A stretch of DNA of 53,680 bases from Perkinsus chesapeaki ATCC PRA-425 (GCA_013115145.1 JAAPAO010000199.1:1-53680); one strand, 5' to 3'. Shown: positions 1 through 14,200, counted from the first letter of the stretch. Notes: a model not told the origin generated them from the sequence alone. Program-made: numbers and translations.

Positions 1-433
1 GAGGTCGAGTGCGAGTGCGTTTTACCCCATGAACCCCTCTACCTGTCGCGTTCACGAGTGATAGCGGATAAGTCACATCAAGCAACTACTGATACGTGTG
101 AAAGCAGAGTTGTGTCATGATGAGACTTGGGCAAATCACTCTCCAGTCTGGCGCCCATCGGGAGAAAGGTGGCTCCACGAGACTGACCCAACATGATCGA
201 TTGGAAGTGTTCTTTCCAATGCTCCCTTCCCATCCTACACTACTTTCACTATATTATGAGGCTCATAGTTTGCGCCACCAGAAGAGAACCGATTCATTTC
301 TGAAGTTTGGCATGATCGGAGTGGCTGGCAAAGACTCACTGCACACCTCGGAGGAGCGTCCCCCGTGACACCGTAAAAGCTTGCAGCCGTTCATCAAGTG
401 ACGCCAATCTATCCGCATTCGCAGCGTTCCTGC

Positions 434-721
434 ATGTTCCTGCGTTTCTGGTTGCAGAGCATCTCGCTCCTGTTCATCACTGCCGAAGGCAGCTCCCCAA
501 CTCACAGGCTGGTAGCATGTGAGAAGGCAGTCTGTGCTCCTGGAAATATGGATGCGAACAACTGCGGTAGAGATGATAAATGGTGCGATTGGGCGAGCAA
601 GAAGTTGGTTGGGGAGGCTGGATGGTGTGATACTAAGGCGAGCGCCTGCGCATATGGCAACCGAGGGTATCATTTACAACAGAGCTGCAGCTGTCACAAA
701 GGGCATACCGAACAAGCGTAA
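434..721 (+). CDS. Small secreted 8-cysteine protein (paralog 1), intronless
   Basis: ATG at 434 gives MFLRFWLQSISLLFITAEG (signal-like), then a mature region with 8 Cys ending CSCH. 41/69 aa identical, ungapped, to the 1938 ORF. Confidence 0.85.
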   Translation: MFLRFWLQSISLLFITAEGSSPTHRLVACEKAVCAPGNMDANNCGRDDKWCDWASKKLVGEAGWCDTKASACAYGNRGYHLQQSCSCHKGHTEQA

Positions 722-1199
722 GAGTGCCAAAGCTCCCCTGTTGCCTTCAACCCATTCAGCAGTTTACGGCCATCTTCTGATCACATTGCCTTCGAGACAG
801 CAGCATTTTCATCGATACTTTTATACTTTTTCTGGATACCGATTATATCAGTTTTGCGTTGGGCGACTACATAGTCCTAGTACGGTAAGATATGTGGGAA
901 CCTTTGACGACGTCAAATTGACGTGGTCAGTACATCTAGTGGATCTCTACTTTCGATCGGTGTTATGCACAAGTACTCCATTTTTGGGGCATCATATCCG
1001 ATTTATGGCCATTACCAATGAGTGGAATATTATTATTGCAATGGGAGGTCAAAATGATTATCAACTTGTGAGGTTCAATTTGATGTGACTCTTATAAAAT
1101 ATTTCTTGATGCATGACTCTGACCAGTTCTGATAGCTTTCGAGTTGAGTGTGGATTATGGGGATATATACGACCCTGGCAAGATTCAAGCACCATGAAG

Positions 1200-1830
1200 C
1201 AGCTTCAGTCCTTAACAGGGAGATTGCCCGTGTTGCATCGACAATCAGAGCCGCTCGATGGTTCTCCGGGCGCCCCGACCAAGACGTGTCGATGATGTGC
1301 TCGGACATCAGTTTATAAGGGTGCATTATTATACTGCATGGGTTAGTTATGGCGGCAGCGTCGATTTGAACAAGTTCTCGGACTTACAGTGAGCAAGCGA
1401 TGACACCAATTGGGGTGACCTTTGACAGTCTGAGTGTTAACGACAATCTGCACATTTTGGGCGTGACGTGGAGTTCAGTTGCTCCACAAGATTGATGATA
1501 CCTTGCCACCGGACATGTATGATGATCAAAGTTATTATCTTCACTTCAATAGAGGAAAATTATACGCTATTCCAGAGTGATACTATCAAATAGAGTCGTG
1601 CTACTCTTAACGGCCTTGGCTGGCACTAACAGTGTTGGAAGATACGAACTTGGTTGACAACATGTATCGGAGAATGGAAGAAAATATTCAGACGAATTCA
1701 TTAGGTTCTTTCATCTACTCTAATCTGGCCATTCGATCAGGCTCATTGACTCGGTTAGTAACCGACGGTTACCACAGTCTGACGGTGAAACTGAGGATGA
1801 TCGTCGGATATTCCGACATGGAAGACTTGC
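1200..1830 (+). mobile_element. Possible decayed BEL/Pao-like LTR retrotransposon pol relic (RT to RNase H)
   Basis: RVDDVLG (1285-), HILGVTW (1451-1471) and MIVGYSD (1797-1817) lie in three different frames. Order and spacing (~58 aa, ~117 aa) resemble Pao YVDD, LGxxW and HGFxD motifs. Many stops; no LTR seen. Confidence 0.3.
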
Positions 1831-1937
1831 TCGTCTACTAAAAGGGACTGTCTCTGTGCCGCAATAGCTCCATCCGAACGCAGTGGAGCAGTTGACCATA
1901 TTGCCCCTTAAGTATTCGTCCGTATCCTCCAATCCCA

Positions 1938-2216
1938 ATGATTATGCATTCTTGCTCACCGATTCTACTCTTCCTTGTCGTTGTGGAAGGTAACAACCCA
2001 ACTAAGCCACTGGTACCTTGCACGGAAGCTGTGTGTGCCCCAGGCAGTATGGATGATAGCAACTGTGGAAAAGACGACAAATGGTGCGATTGGTTCGCGC
2101 ATTATATGATTGGAGAGAATGGCTGGTGTGATACTACTAATCACCACTGTGAGGACGGTAACCAAGGATACCATTTCCAGGAGCGCTGTAGCTGTCACTC
2201 AGCGAATGAAGGATAG
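1938..2216 (+). CDS. Small secreted 8-cysteine protein (paralog 2), intronless
   Basis: Signal-like N-terminus MIMHSCSPILLFLVVVEG; all 8 Cys and the DDKWCDW and GWCDT motifs are conserved with 434-721. Confidence 0.85.
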   Translation: MIMHSCSPILLFLVVVEGNNPTKPLVPCTEAVCAPGSMDDSNCGKDDKWCDWFAHYMIGENGWCDTTNHHCEDGNQGYHFQERCSCHSANEG

Positions 2217-2256
2217 GTTTATATGAATTGAGTACGTTGTATTTAATAACGACAAA

Positions 2257-2392
2257 GGTAAATGATGTCAGCGTCATACCAGCCCCTTCTTGAATCGTCA
2301 CTGGTAAATGATGTCAGCGTCATACCAGCCCCTTCTTGAATCGTCACTGGTAAATGATGTCAGTGTCTTACACGTCCCGTATTGAATCGTCC
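2257..2392. repeat. 46-bp tandem repeat, two exact copies plus one diverged
   Basis: GGTAAATGATGTCAGCGTCATACCAGCCCCTTCTTGAATCGTCACT at 2257 and 2303; degenerate copy at 2349. Confidence 0.95.
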
Positions 2393-2777
2393 TTTCGTAC
2401 TATTACTTATTATCAATCATTTTAGTCGGTATTATGCACCGGTATTTGGTGACTTTCGTTTCATTCTAACCGGGAGGAGCCTGGTCCATGACTCATAGTT
2501 GGCTGGGCCAACTTAGCTCTACTGTAGGATTGTAGTGAGGACAAATCACTATTAGTGACTCACTAGTTGGGCTCGGCTTGCGGGAAATCCAGTTTTTCCA
2601 AGCACGATGGTCATTCTTATCGCGCGGTTAACAATAAATGCTACGATTAGTAAAGTTCGCTGGCTTCTTCATGAGCAGCTTTCGGCTCCCATTCCCCAAT
2701 CTCCCGAATAGATATCAAATTCATTTGGACCTATTTTTCTGAGCCATCTCGGGGCCAGCTTTCATGAGGGACGTTCT

Positions 2778-4582
2778 TCACTTTTGTTCCAGTTGTGATT
2801 CTAATGCGTCTTTCTTGGACTTCATATAACTCAAAAACGATTGAATGAAACTCAGACGTTTGTTAATGCAACAGCTTCATTATTCAGCTTGATGAGGAAG
2901 TGATTAATCGTGCAATGATGCTCAATTGTCAACACCTGATCCTGTCAGCGCCGACTTGAGATATTCTCGACAACGACTTAGTATTATCTTCATATCATCT
3001 TCAGTTATAACCTCAACAGTCCTCGATGCCTAACAACACAATAAGTGTTCACAGTGTGTCGCCGATGGAATCCGGAACCGACTCTAAATTTGTTCAATTC
3101 GGCCTTGAATGTTTCAATAAATGTTCTAAAGCCAGTCGCGAGGATCTGTTGCTGAAAGACCGGCAGCTCACCAAACTCTTCATTAGCTGCCGACTGGACA
3201 GCTTCGGGGGCTGCCATAATACAACAATAAACCAAAGTGAGGGGATGACATACTCATTTCATTGCCGACAATCTCCATTAGATCGCTTATCGCCATCGGT
3301 GTGTCATAAGCTTCCTGCTCCTGAAACAACATCGACTCACCTCTCAGCTATCAGGTCCCTCCCTACCTTGACATCATCATCAAACGGCCATTCCCCAGTT
3401 CGTCGCCACGCTGCTATGCAATACCTATGGTCTACTAACAAAGGCAAACATGTCCCTTACCGGCAAGCTTCCCAATCTCCACAGTCTGTACAATGAGTTA
3501 ACACTTCATCAGGATTGCTACTTATAGTAAGACAGACATCACAAATTAATGGAATGTCATCTGATACACATAACCATATAACTTGACAACAACCATTCCT
3601 GCCTCACCTTGCTCACTTTTGTTCGAGGCTTTACGCTGAGCCTCTCGTCTGGCTCCCCAAGTCAGCAGCCTTGAGGAGTGCCCTTTCGGGCAGGTTACAT
3701 CACCCTGGGGCATCATTATCAACATAGTAGCCCCCGCTCCGCTCACCCCCATTTCCTCGCCAGGCTTATAGTCTGGGATAGCCTTCCAGTCTTGCGGTAC
3801 ACCATTGCTGTCCCTTAAAGTGTGATCGGGCTCCACCTTAACATTCGCCATCTCAGCAGGATACTCCCCACCGTGGCCACTGTAGCTTAATACTGCATCT
3901 AAGCAGCTTATATATTATCATAATTAATAGAGCCAGGCTGACCTCCATTCTTCTTTATACTGTCAACAGTAGCAGGCCACCAGACTATCGCCACTGCATT
4001 CGGGTCATCAGGGCCAGCCTGAGAGACAGCAAGGTGAGGCTGTTATAACAGTCAGTGTTAGCAGCCGACAGATTACAAACGAGATTGTTAGTAGTTTCCT
4101 ATAGCGTCTACTATATATTTGATAACAAATTCAACGGGAAGCCCGAAGGATAGTGATGTTAGTGAATAAAAGCAAGTACAGAGATGAGGAAGGCTGCCAT
4201 CGACGTGTTACCGAGAGTAGGAACATTTCACGAAAATCCTGTCGGCTATTTTGCTTCTTCCACTAGGGGACAATTCATTATAGCAACTCGGTGAGAGATT
4301 TCTGAGGCCTAATCGACACAAGCATGCCCACCTCATCATCAACTAGTTCCCATTTGACGAGTATCTTCATGCCCTTCTTCAGACCATGAACCATCACAGG
4401 CTCGGCGGCCGCGGCAGTGATGACCTCCTCCTCTTCGCTATCATCAAGCTTCACCTTCCTGAACAACAGCTCAAATCACCCAACACTAACGACCCTCACT
4501 TTGCTTGTTGTTGGTCGTCGACCGAATCGGTAACGTCCACTTCTTTATCTGGATTTATGTCAGATGCTGGCCTCTTAGACAT
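2778..4582 (-). CDS. Multi-exon protein with a Tudor-like N-terminal region and a CPxGH/ZZ-like zinc finger
   Basis: Spliced by eye: MSKRPASD...GLKKGMKILVKWELVDDE...AIVWWPATVDSI...VTCPKGH...LICDVC...HCTDCGDWEACRYC, then a helical C-terminus. The 3' end is approximate. Confidence 0.6.
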
Positions 4583-5257
4583 GCTGATAAGTGCAGCTCT
4601 AGCAATCAACAAATTTCACCATAACCACCCATTGCTCGTAACGCTCCTCGTGGGGGTACTTTTTGACAAAATTTGCCTACTGCGAGCTCTGAATCACAAT
4701 GTTGGATGTCGCGTGGGCTGCTAAACGATACAAGCCTGCCAAAGAAGCACTTATGCCCTCTCAGAGAGTTGGCATCTAAGGAAATTCCTTCATGGCTCCA
4801 CGGGCATCAGGCTCAACCGAGCTAACTGCAGCAGATACTCCCGAACTGATATGCTGTATCTCCCATCAAATTCGACAACCTTGGTTCATCGCTCACCTCC
4901 TAACACCTAGGTAAATACCCTCTCTCCCCTCGGCGACGCGCAACCAAAAAGTGACACATTAGCCCATACGATGAAATCTAGGAACATTCTCCTCCCATTT
5001 CCCATTACGATCTTCGCAGACATTGATATTATTTCATATACAATTTTCACAGCCATTTGGTAATAATGAAACACTCACGGTCATTCCGAGCACCCCGACT
5101 AACTCATTAAAGGCTCGTCAACTACCATTAACAAATAACAATAGTATTAATCAATTGGTCCGAGATCACCATTTCATTTTCCCCAATAACAACTCCAACA
5201 CTTCAGCAACTACTAGAGACAGGCTTCAATTGTACACCAAATTTGCGCTTCAAAAAT

Positions 5258-8200
5258 TTACACGCTCGACTGTGGCCCCATCGTCAAAGCTCGACCAGGC
5301 CTGGCTGCACTCGGCGATGATGATGAGGACGACGAAGCCGATGGCGTAGTAGCCGCGATTGCCGGTACTTGGACTTGCCACAGTGGCCTTGCCGACTCCA
5401 AGCGATGTGTCGGTACATCGATAACGAGCACGTAACTGGGCATCATCCGGTAAAGAGTTGACGGAAGTGTGGTACTACTTATTGCCGGTTATAATGAGTC
5501 TTCTTCCCTGTTCGTCAAACTGGTGTGCTACATAAGGAAAGTCTGTCGGGACACCATCAACCGTGGATAGGAATGACCTCAATACTGCGTGCTCGGGGTT
5601 GTAACTAACAATAGTATAATATTATATTTTCGGGAGTGTCGGGAGGTCTCAAGAGGATTCCCAGTGGTGGCAGCACTGCGTAGATTTTGAATAGCAAACC
5701 TCAACAACACTAACTCGGACTCAGCTGTCAGGTTTACAAAATTCATTCCCGACTATTTCCAGCTTCAGCCGTTTATTAGCTTCTTCACGATGGCGGCCGA
5801 CTCCGGGCCCTCAGACCAGGGATGCCAGAGCAGCAGCAGGTCCAACTAGCCTCACCTCCGAACGACCATATCATCGCCATAAAGCATCCTTGGTAATCTC
5901 ATCCTCTTTGCCGTTGTTGCTGTACTCTTGGCTGTAGCCGCGCCGGTAGTAGCGGTCACTCCCTCCGCCGTACTTCTTGTGAAGTCCAGAAAGCCCACCA
6001 TAGGCTTGGTGACCAGACCACCGACTCCTCGAAGGATACCCTTCCCAAGGCCATTGATACCCTAAATAAGGATCGTCTCAGATTTCCCGAGCATCGTAGG
6101 AAAATATTCCTGGCGCGAAAATGCGATATAAATTAACTCCAACAGAAACATCCTCCTTAGCATTCCCTCATTTGTCACTCCCAGCAAATGTAATCCAATT
6201 TACCCCACACATACTGAAACCTCATACCGTAACTTCCGCGTGGTTATCAGATATACCCCCCCCCCTCGGCAACGTCGACTTACTTCTTGTTCCACGGCTT
6301 CAACAGGCTTCAACACAAGACCGGATATCCCGGACAGTATGCCTCTGCCAAGTGAGGCAGCACCAACAGCTACACCGTCACCGACATGGACCGGCCTATT
6401 GCGCTGGGCGAAACGCTGACGATCTTGTTGGAACCTTAGGAGCTTGATGAAGGGAGGATGCGACACAAATCATACACGTGACAGGTTGATAATGCATAAT
6501 GATGATGATGATGGATATAAAATGATAAAGTTGATAAAAAATGTATTCCCGGTGAAAAAAAGTCACAATAAATATTGAAATTGAGTCTACGTAATTGCTA
6601 GTAATACTTCCTCTGAAAAATACCAGCCAATCATTTCGCCTCATAAAATACTTCCAACTAATGCTTACTCGTCATCCTGAGTCAACACGCTCATCGTTTG
6701 TGCCGCTGTCCCAGCGATCTTCCCTAAAGAATTGAACACACCAAACGCGGTGTTACGGACGAATGAGCGCGCGCCCTTGGCCGTTCCACCCGCAACACTC
6801 AGCACGTCTCCAGCACTCTGAACCTGTCATTGCGGTCTGGGCAGGAGCGTAGTGGGGAAGCTTACGTTCATTATGGCAGAGTAAGGCTCATAGAAGAGGT
6901 CTGAGATACCCTGACTCACATGGTTGAACAAACCAATAGGATTGCCGATAGCGTCAGCCGAACCCATGATGGTTCGAAGTTCGCGGAACCTAGACAAGAT
7001 TAGCGGGAAAATCGGTATGAAATTGGCTTACAATTGATGCTTGTAATGTTCGGCCACTATAGTGTTTAATGAGCTCCTACTCACACTGAGACTGTATAAT
7101 ATCAAAGCATTCAGCTGCACAGGAGAATGGTCAACTGCCGACATAGACGCCAAGACGCGGTACACCAAGCTGTAACTGCCAAAACCACCTTCAGGTCACC
7201 GTAGCAGCCACACTTACTCTTTAAGAAACTTCTGTTCAGTGTTGCCTGGGCTGAAGGATACGAAGAGCCGCGTTGGATGCAACGTGAAAACCTACGAGTC
7301 ATATCAACGGGAAGGAAGGTGGACACGTACGTCAAAGTGAAGATCATTGCTGCTGTCCTCTGGCAGGAGCTCGATCTCTGGCTTCACTTCAACCGCCCAA
7401 TGCTTGCTCTTACCACCGACAAATTGGATACCTTCGACCAAAGATACCTGCAGGAACTTCTTGTCGCCGGGGAGAGGCGAGGAGCTGCTGCTTACCATGT
7501 CGAATATGAAACCAAAGTCAAACGCCAGTTCAGACTCCTGGACAAGCACACTGAAGTTCTCAAAGTACCTGATAATGGTGAATCGCATTCATGTCCCAAA
7601 GCACGGCTCGGATAAGCGGGTATTCAACCCAGCTCTCGCCGATCTTGATATGCATCTAGACATTTCAAAAAGCGCAGGTGTATCACCTGGAAGGCGGATC
7701 AAGCACACTGCTGTAACATTTAGAGTGAGTTAAGATAGTCATTGAAATGGACTATCGGATTTCCAAAATTCCGTATCATCTCCCCAGAGAAGGCCATCTA
7801 CGTGATCCTCAGTACCCGCGTAGGACTGTCTAAAGTAGCAAAAGATGAGACATCGTATGGACTTACGCCGGTGGAAACAGTTACGACTACACATCGGTAG
7901 GAAAATAATATCAACAGTAAATTATTAAATCATTTTCCGATGAGAGTGAAGCCAAAAATGAAGTAATCGCCGAACACGAGCAACTGACGTGAGATCAGCA
8001 TCGATGTCCCTCAAGGTCGCAGCCAGCTCCAGCATAGGATGAATTGGCTTTGGTAAGCCGGTCGCCGAACCCTGTGTTGTTCCATCGGTCAACGCTGCTC
8101 TGGGGTTACCTGGGGAGATGATGACAAGTATTCAAGATACCAACTTACCACAAGTAGATCGAGCAAACATAACAGGATACGCAGCGTTGAGATTTTGATT

Positions 8201-11200
8201 GTCCACACGGATATCTTGAACCGCGAGGTGGAAGTCCCTGAAAGTATCTTAGCTTGAAGCACGCCTTTGACAGCTGAGAAAGATACCTATGATTATGTCG
8301 TATACTAGCAACTCCTTCAATGCCGATGATTCCTGCAAATAGCAGTTCACTTCGAGGTCGCCCACGAACCGCTGCCACCAAAGATACGCCGACCCCCTTG
8401 AATTCAGCACGGTATCTAACGACCACCACAATTTGGCTAATTTCCCCCGAGTTCGAAAGAAAAGCGTGCGCCCTACACTGAGTCCACCGCCCTATCTCGA
8501 CGGCTGTCATCACTCAACGGTCCCTGGGCTGCTGTGCGTGAGCTCGGTCTGATTGGCCCAGACGGCAAAGCCAACCGAGCTGCCCCAGTGCCGACAGAAC
8601 TGCAAGAGAGAAGTAACCAACACGCCAAATGGTGCTTCTTACTCATTATAGAATATGAATACCTTTGTCGGGCCACTGCTGGTAACTTTATAACGTAGCT
8701 TCTGTTGTCTGCCTCTCAGTGGTGCCATCATAGTCCCAGAATGTTCGAAAGCTGGTACAGTAAGACCACCACCACTCTGGGCCGAGGCTCTGGTGGCCGA
8801 CTGGGCTTGACTTGTCGTTTGATCCGGGATAAAGTCGACTATTGTACCTTACCAGAGGGAAGTGCTAGGAAAGTCCACCGAGAGCGAGATGCAGCTATCT
8901 GAGGCGATCGCCAAGCCCTGAATGTCGAACGGTAAATGCAATAATTTTTTGAACTCAGAAAGTAGACCACTATAATCGAACAGCCCACATCCACTCGACT
9001 CTAAGACATCCGAATAACATCGTACGACGACTTTTAACTACACACAGCAAATACCATCACCGAGGAGTTCAACTGGCACCAGAGTTGCGTGAAGCTCACA
9101 CGGCGATATCCAGACACTATCGGGCACTGGCATCAACCACTTGGCAAGAAAAATAAAAATAGTTACTAGGTAGTCTGTGGAAATCCCGTTTGACGCATAG
9201 GGGCCGCATTCTCGTATTTGGTGGCTACACTGTACGCTGCTAAGACAATGATATCTTACTTCTCTTTGATGCCGGATCAAGCAGTATCTCCAACTTCTTT
9301 GGTTTCGTCGGTTCGTACCAAGCAAACGGTGTGGTGGAGTGCCTCAGTAATGGTATAAAGTAGGCCTAAGAGAACCAACTTCCTTGCAGATACGCTCCAC
9401 ATCAGCGAAAATCTTTATAGTGCGGAGTCCATTAACTCGCTCTTCCTTCAATTCAGCTTACCCTAGTGTGAGCTTGTCTTATCCACATCGACACATCTGA
9501 ATTGTTCCTCACCGAATAGCTCGCTATGTTGTATTCTTCCGCGCAAAACACCACGAACACGCAGCTCCTATACGGTCGAACATCCACCCGAATGTTCATG
9601 AACATTCCTGAAAAATGACACGTCCCGACAGCAACCTTCGAAGCGTACCCTCAGTCTCTTGGAAGACCTGGCAGACAGAATCGCCAACGACACGGTCAAC
9701 AGCCAGTTGTCCAGACCTGCCAGGAAAAAGGTCGCAGGTTCGACCCGCAGCGAGGGCATCTCACCATCCCCATCCAGTATCCTTGAGTCTAACTTGTAGC
9801 ATTTTTGGTAAGTCAACTTGCCACCACTTGAAGCTCATCTGCTGCTCTGGTTCAAGCTCAAGAGCCGAGCTCGAGGGAGAGTCCTGATCCCGATAAATTT
9901 GCCAAATTAGTTTGATAACATTTCCTACAGCTTGCTTAATCATGATCCACCGATCCTTCATTGAGTTCACAACTACATACCTCGGTGTGACATGGACGCA
10001 GCGGACGGATAGATCCCTGAGGAGATAAGCTGTGATGATGATGAGAGCCAACAAGGATGTGGACAGTTTGGAAATACTCATGTGAACTTCTGATAGACTT
10101 CCTCCTCATGAAGAGTAGATACTTTAATTTTATCAAAATGAACGATGTAAAATCGAAAAGTTCAAAAACGAAACTGAATTTTAGCATTCAATAGCTGGAG
10201 AACTGACGAAGACTGGCCTTCTAAAGCCGCCGACTACTCACCGGACATCGCCAGATGTGACAACCCTAACCCCAAGCTCCTGTCGCTTGCGTGCTTCATT
10301 GCGCTCATCGCCGCTCTGGACTATCTCACCACCATAGTCGGATATAGGCAGCCGGCTGCTGGCAGTTGGCTGATGACCGACCCCATAGCTTCCGTTTTCC
10401 ACGGCAATAGCGCTGGTGAAGCCAACAGTGTCGATGGAGAAGGGCCTGAGAGAGGAAGATAACATAACCATGTGATAATGAGACCGACGAGGAGAGCACG
10501 CTTAACTGGATTCAAGTTGTTGAAGAATATACAAATCTTGCCGATGCGCAAAAATACTAAATGAGCTCCAGTAATGCCTCCCAACGAGTTTTCAAAAGCT
10601 GATTGAAGTGGCTAAATCACTAGACACTATTAAATCTCTATTATGTTAACGAATAGAGCATAGTCCTACAAACAGTAAAACTGTGCGTTCGTAATGACCA
10701 GTATTCTTTTAAGAACCTACAGAGCTACTGACGGCAAATACGTTTACGACATCGCTGTCATTTCAAGAGGAAGTGCGGTACACTCCCGCTCACCTGCTGC
10801 AGGTATTATTAAGATAGGCTGCCAACTTAGTGCCATAACAGTCCAATGGCAATACCACTCCCGCCTTGACCGCTTCAGGATCGCTGGATGAGGGTCTGGC
10901 TCCCCAGTGAGCGATCCATCTAGGAGCTTGGAAGGCTTCGTCTGGTTGCTCACCATCATCAGTTTTCTCTTCGTAGGCATATCTCAAATATGGCTGAGGG
11001 ACCGTCGACATCAACCAGTACCTGAGTCAGTCTAGACTTAATGAAAAGTTTCAATATCATAATTACAATGACTAGTAAATTATCAATCATAAAAACAAGG
11101 ATACAGTACAGTTCAGAACGGAGCCGTCCTCTTGTCCAAGATAAAGCAGCAGACAATATTCTTAAAAAACGAACATGCAAATAATAATAACTAAGCCCTA

Positions 11201-14200
11201 ATCTGTTATAAAAAGATTTGTATGATCGACAGTTTATCATCATTGTCGATCTTTCATACAAATATTTTATACATTTAATTATCGTACGCATCACCATGAT
11301 ACCACATATGTCAAAAATAATAAACAGGCAAATGCCACTCGATGAATCTACTATTGATTTCTATTTCTTAACGCGCCAGTGAGAGCAGCTTGATCCTGCT
11401 AAAGGCTCAAGACTTCCTCCATCACATGCCCCCCTACGGTGTGTGCAATATCAAATCTAACGGTTGTGTCGGCCGTGACACAATCAACAATAGCAGTCGT
11501 AATGGATTCCGATGCTCATCATGGAGGGTTAGAGTGATGGAAGCGTAGTAGCATTCGTTCATAGGCTCGCTTGGAGGCTTATCCTCAGTGCTCGCCTAAA
11601 AGACAATCAAAATCGCAAAACAAAAATCGCTTCGCTCCGCTAACCTCAACGTTCTCTGCCATTTTCCTTGCGTTTTTTCCTGCTTTAACCACAGCCAGAT
11701 CCGCCGGCCAAATGACTTGAGGATCAGACCAAACATTCCCAAAGGCACACAGTCTCAATTCGAGGCGCGCGCCAAGATGAACAGAATGTAACTGACACAA
11801 GAAGCACGCAGCAACCTAAGATTCCAACTCTTTTTCCAGATTTCTCAACTTACATGTTCCTGACAATTAAGCGTTAGTGTTCCCGTAGATGAGTATGATG
11901 GTGGTGCTATCGGCAAAGGATGGCCTGGCCTCACCGGCACCACCTCAGAGGTGCAGGTGAGGTGGTAATCGACCGGAATAGGAAGAGTTGATCTAACAAA
12001 AGTAGTGCAGAATGAGGAGGACCTCTGTAGGGAAGTACCTTATTTTAACGGGACAGTTGAGAGTTATTATTATTTGTTTTGCTCCTTGGTCTCTATAATG
12101 GTAATGTCGCACTCCACAGGAAATGTACATGAATACTTCTTTATGAAGTCGGCCAAGGGAGCATCTCAAAGGGTAAAGCCGACTATTAGTTGGGCCCAAC
12201 GCTGGCGATGATGCTAGGCAACTGAAAGTGACATCCGTACGGCACCAGCTTCAAGAGTTTCGTAACAAATTTTTGAAAAACAGGATTATAGAGGATAATT
12301 AGCTCTTCAGCATTGTTATGATCATATGCTTATATCCAATAATATATTATTAAAGACTAAGCTCTTCGGTTACACACTGGAAGGAAGGGAGAGTGCCGAG
12401 TGGCGAGGCATTATCGATATAAGTGCAGAGACAGACTTAACTTGAAGAGGGTAACATACGTATTGAATTTAAGAATCCCGACAGTCCCGGAAGACCAACG
12501 ATACTGGAAGGATAACAGAAACTGAGGCATTTTTGCGGTAGTGAAGTCTGCGTTGAAGCTGCGCTCATTAATCGCCTCCTGCAATCAGCCTTTTACAACT
12601 AATACAAGCTTCACCGTTCCCTCCCTTTTCATATGCCTAACGACGCTCCTCCTCTTACCGATTGAAGAGCTCGATCAAAGACACTTCATTGCTGAATGGA
12701 TTATCCAACGCTTCGGACTCCTCTTCCGTGGTATCATCCAGCGGTCTGAAGCTAAGCTTCGGAGGAGCTGCAAGGTGAGTACTGCAATCAACTGGGAAGT
12801 GACTTCACCTTGGTGATCTCCCCGCTGCTGCGGCCATTCGCCCGGCTTGTCGGTCAACATCCTCTGTGCACACAAAGCCAGCGGGACAGCGGCAACACCC
12901 TCCACCGGAACAGTAGCCACACTGTGAAAGGAATGAACACTGGTATGAGCCAGTGATGATGATACCTTTCCATCTCCTCTCCGGGGCGCGTGACTCTTAA
13001 CTGAACTGGGGTGCCATAGCTATTCTTGACCAAGACCGCCGACATCACTACCAACATCTGAAACAAGCGGACGCAAACCCATCGTTCTTTTAGATCACAG
13101 CCCTACAAGCAATGGCGAGGGGAGCTAAAATCAACAAGTAGGACTGAAGAGTGTACGACTTTGATCATGGAACGTAATAGAAGAGTGGCCCGAATTCCAA
13201 GCTCGAAGAAGAATAGAGATAATCTCAACCGAGTTTGGATTCCATCCATCCGCAACAGGTGTGAGATGGAGGAATACATTCCTTCGCAAGGAGATAAAAT
13301 AGAGAGGAAATCTCACAAGTAGATTGAAGCGGATATCATTCTCAAAGTAGGATTGAACCGTGGGGGACTTTAATCAGAAAGCTCTCGTCGATCTCGTCGA
13401 ACATAACCCTCCTCCACCTTACCTTCCGACCATCCTCAGTAGCTGTGACTTCGCAGATTATAGCAGTCCCACCACTCCTAACCCCGCCGGAGATCGGCAC
13501 CGATCCTTGAGGACGCAATACGGAACGTGTAGTGCCGTAGGAGTAGGACCTGTCTCACAAAGCTTCAACAACTTCACTCTTCCTCCCCCTCCCACTCACC
13601 TCGAACTCGCTCGCCCACCAACAGGCTCGATAATGGCATATGGCTCAAAGCCCACCACATCATTAACCGTGCCATCATCGACGTAATAAAGGTACTTACC
13701 TGATACGATCTGACGGAAATACGGTATTAACTATTATACCTTTCCTATCCAACGGTATCTTATCCTGCTCCCATCCATCACCCTGTATGCTCACAAATGC
13801 CCTATCCTTCGCCATTCTAGCATTATTAGTGGCCACATGTATGCTGATCTCCGTCAACCTTCGCTCCTCACCAACCCCAATCTTCACAGGCACCGATGAT
13901 TCCCTCGATCGACCGCCATGGTCATGAGCCTCCCACGTCACCAGCAACGGCGACCCGCTCAAATTCCTTATACTATACGGGGCGTACTGCAACTTATCCG
14001 CTGCCTCCCCTCGTCCACTTAGCGGTTTTTTATCATTCCAAACCCGAGTGAATTCATTCATATTCTGCTTCAGTGCCCTCAGGAACGCCTGGCTGATGTT
14101 AACCATCAACAGCTGGTGAGTAGCTTCGACTGACAAATCATTCTTCTCACTCGCCCGTCCACCTTGGACCACCCCTATCCTCTTCTGCTTCACCAATACT

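Noticed and set aside
13345-13365. GGTTCAATCC B-box-like string on minus
   Set aside because: Lies in a VPS13 coding exon and has no T-stem.
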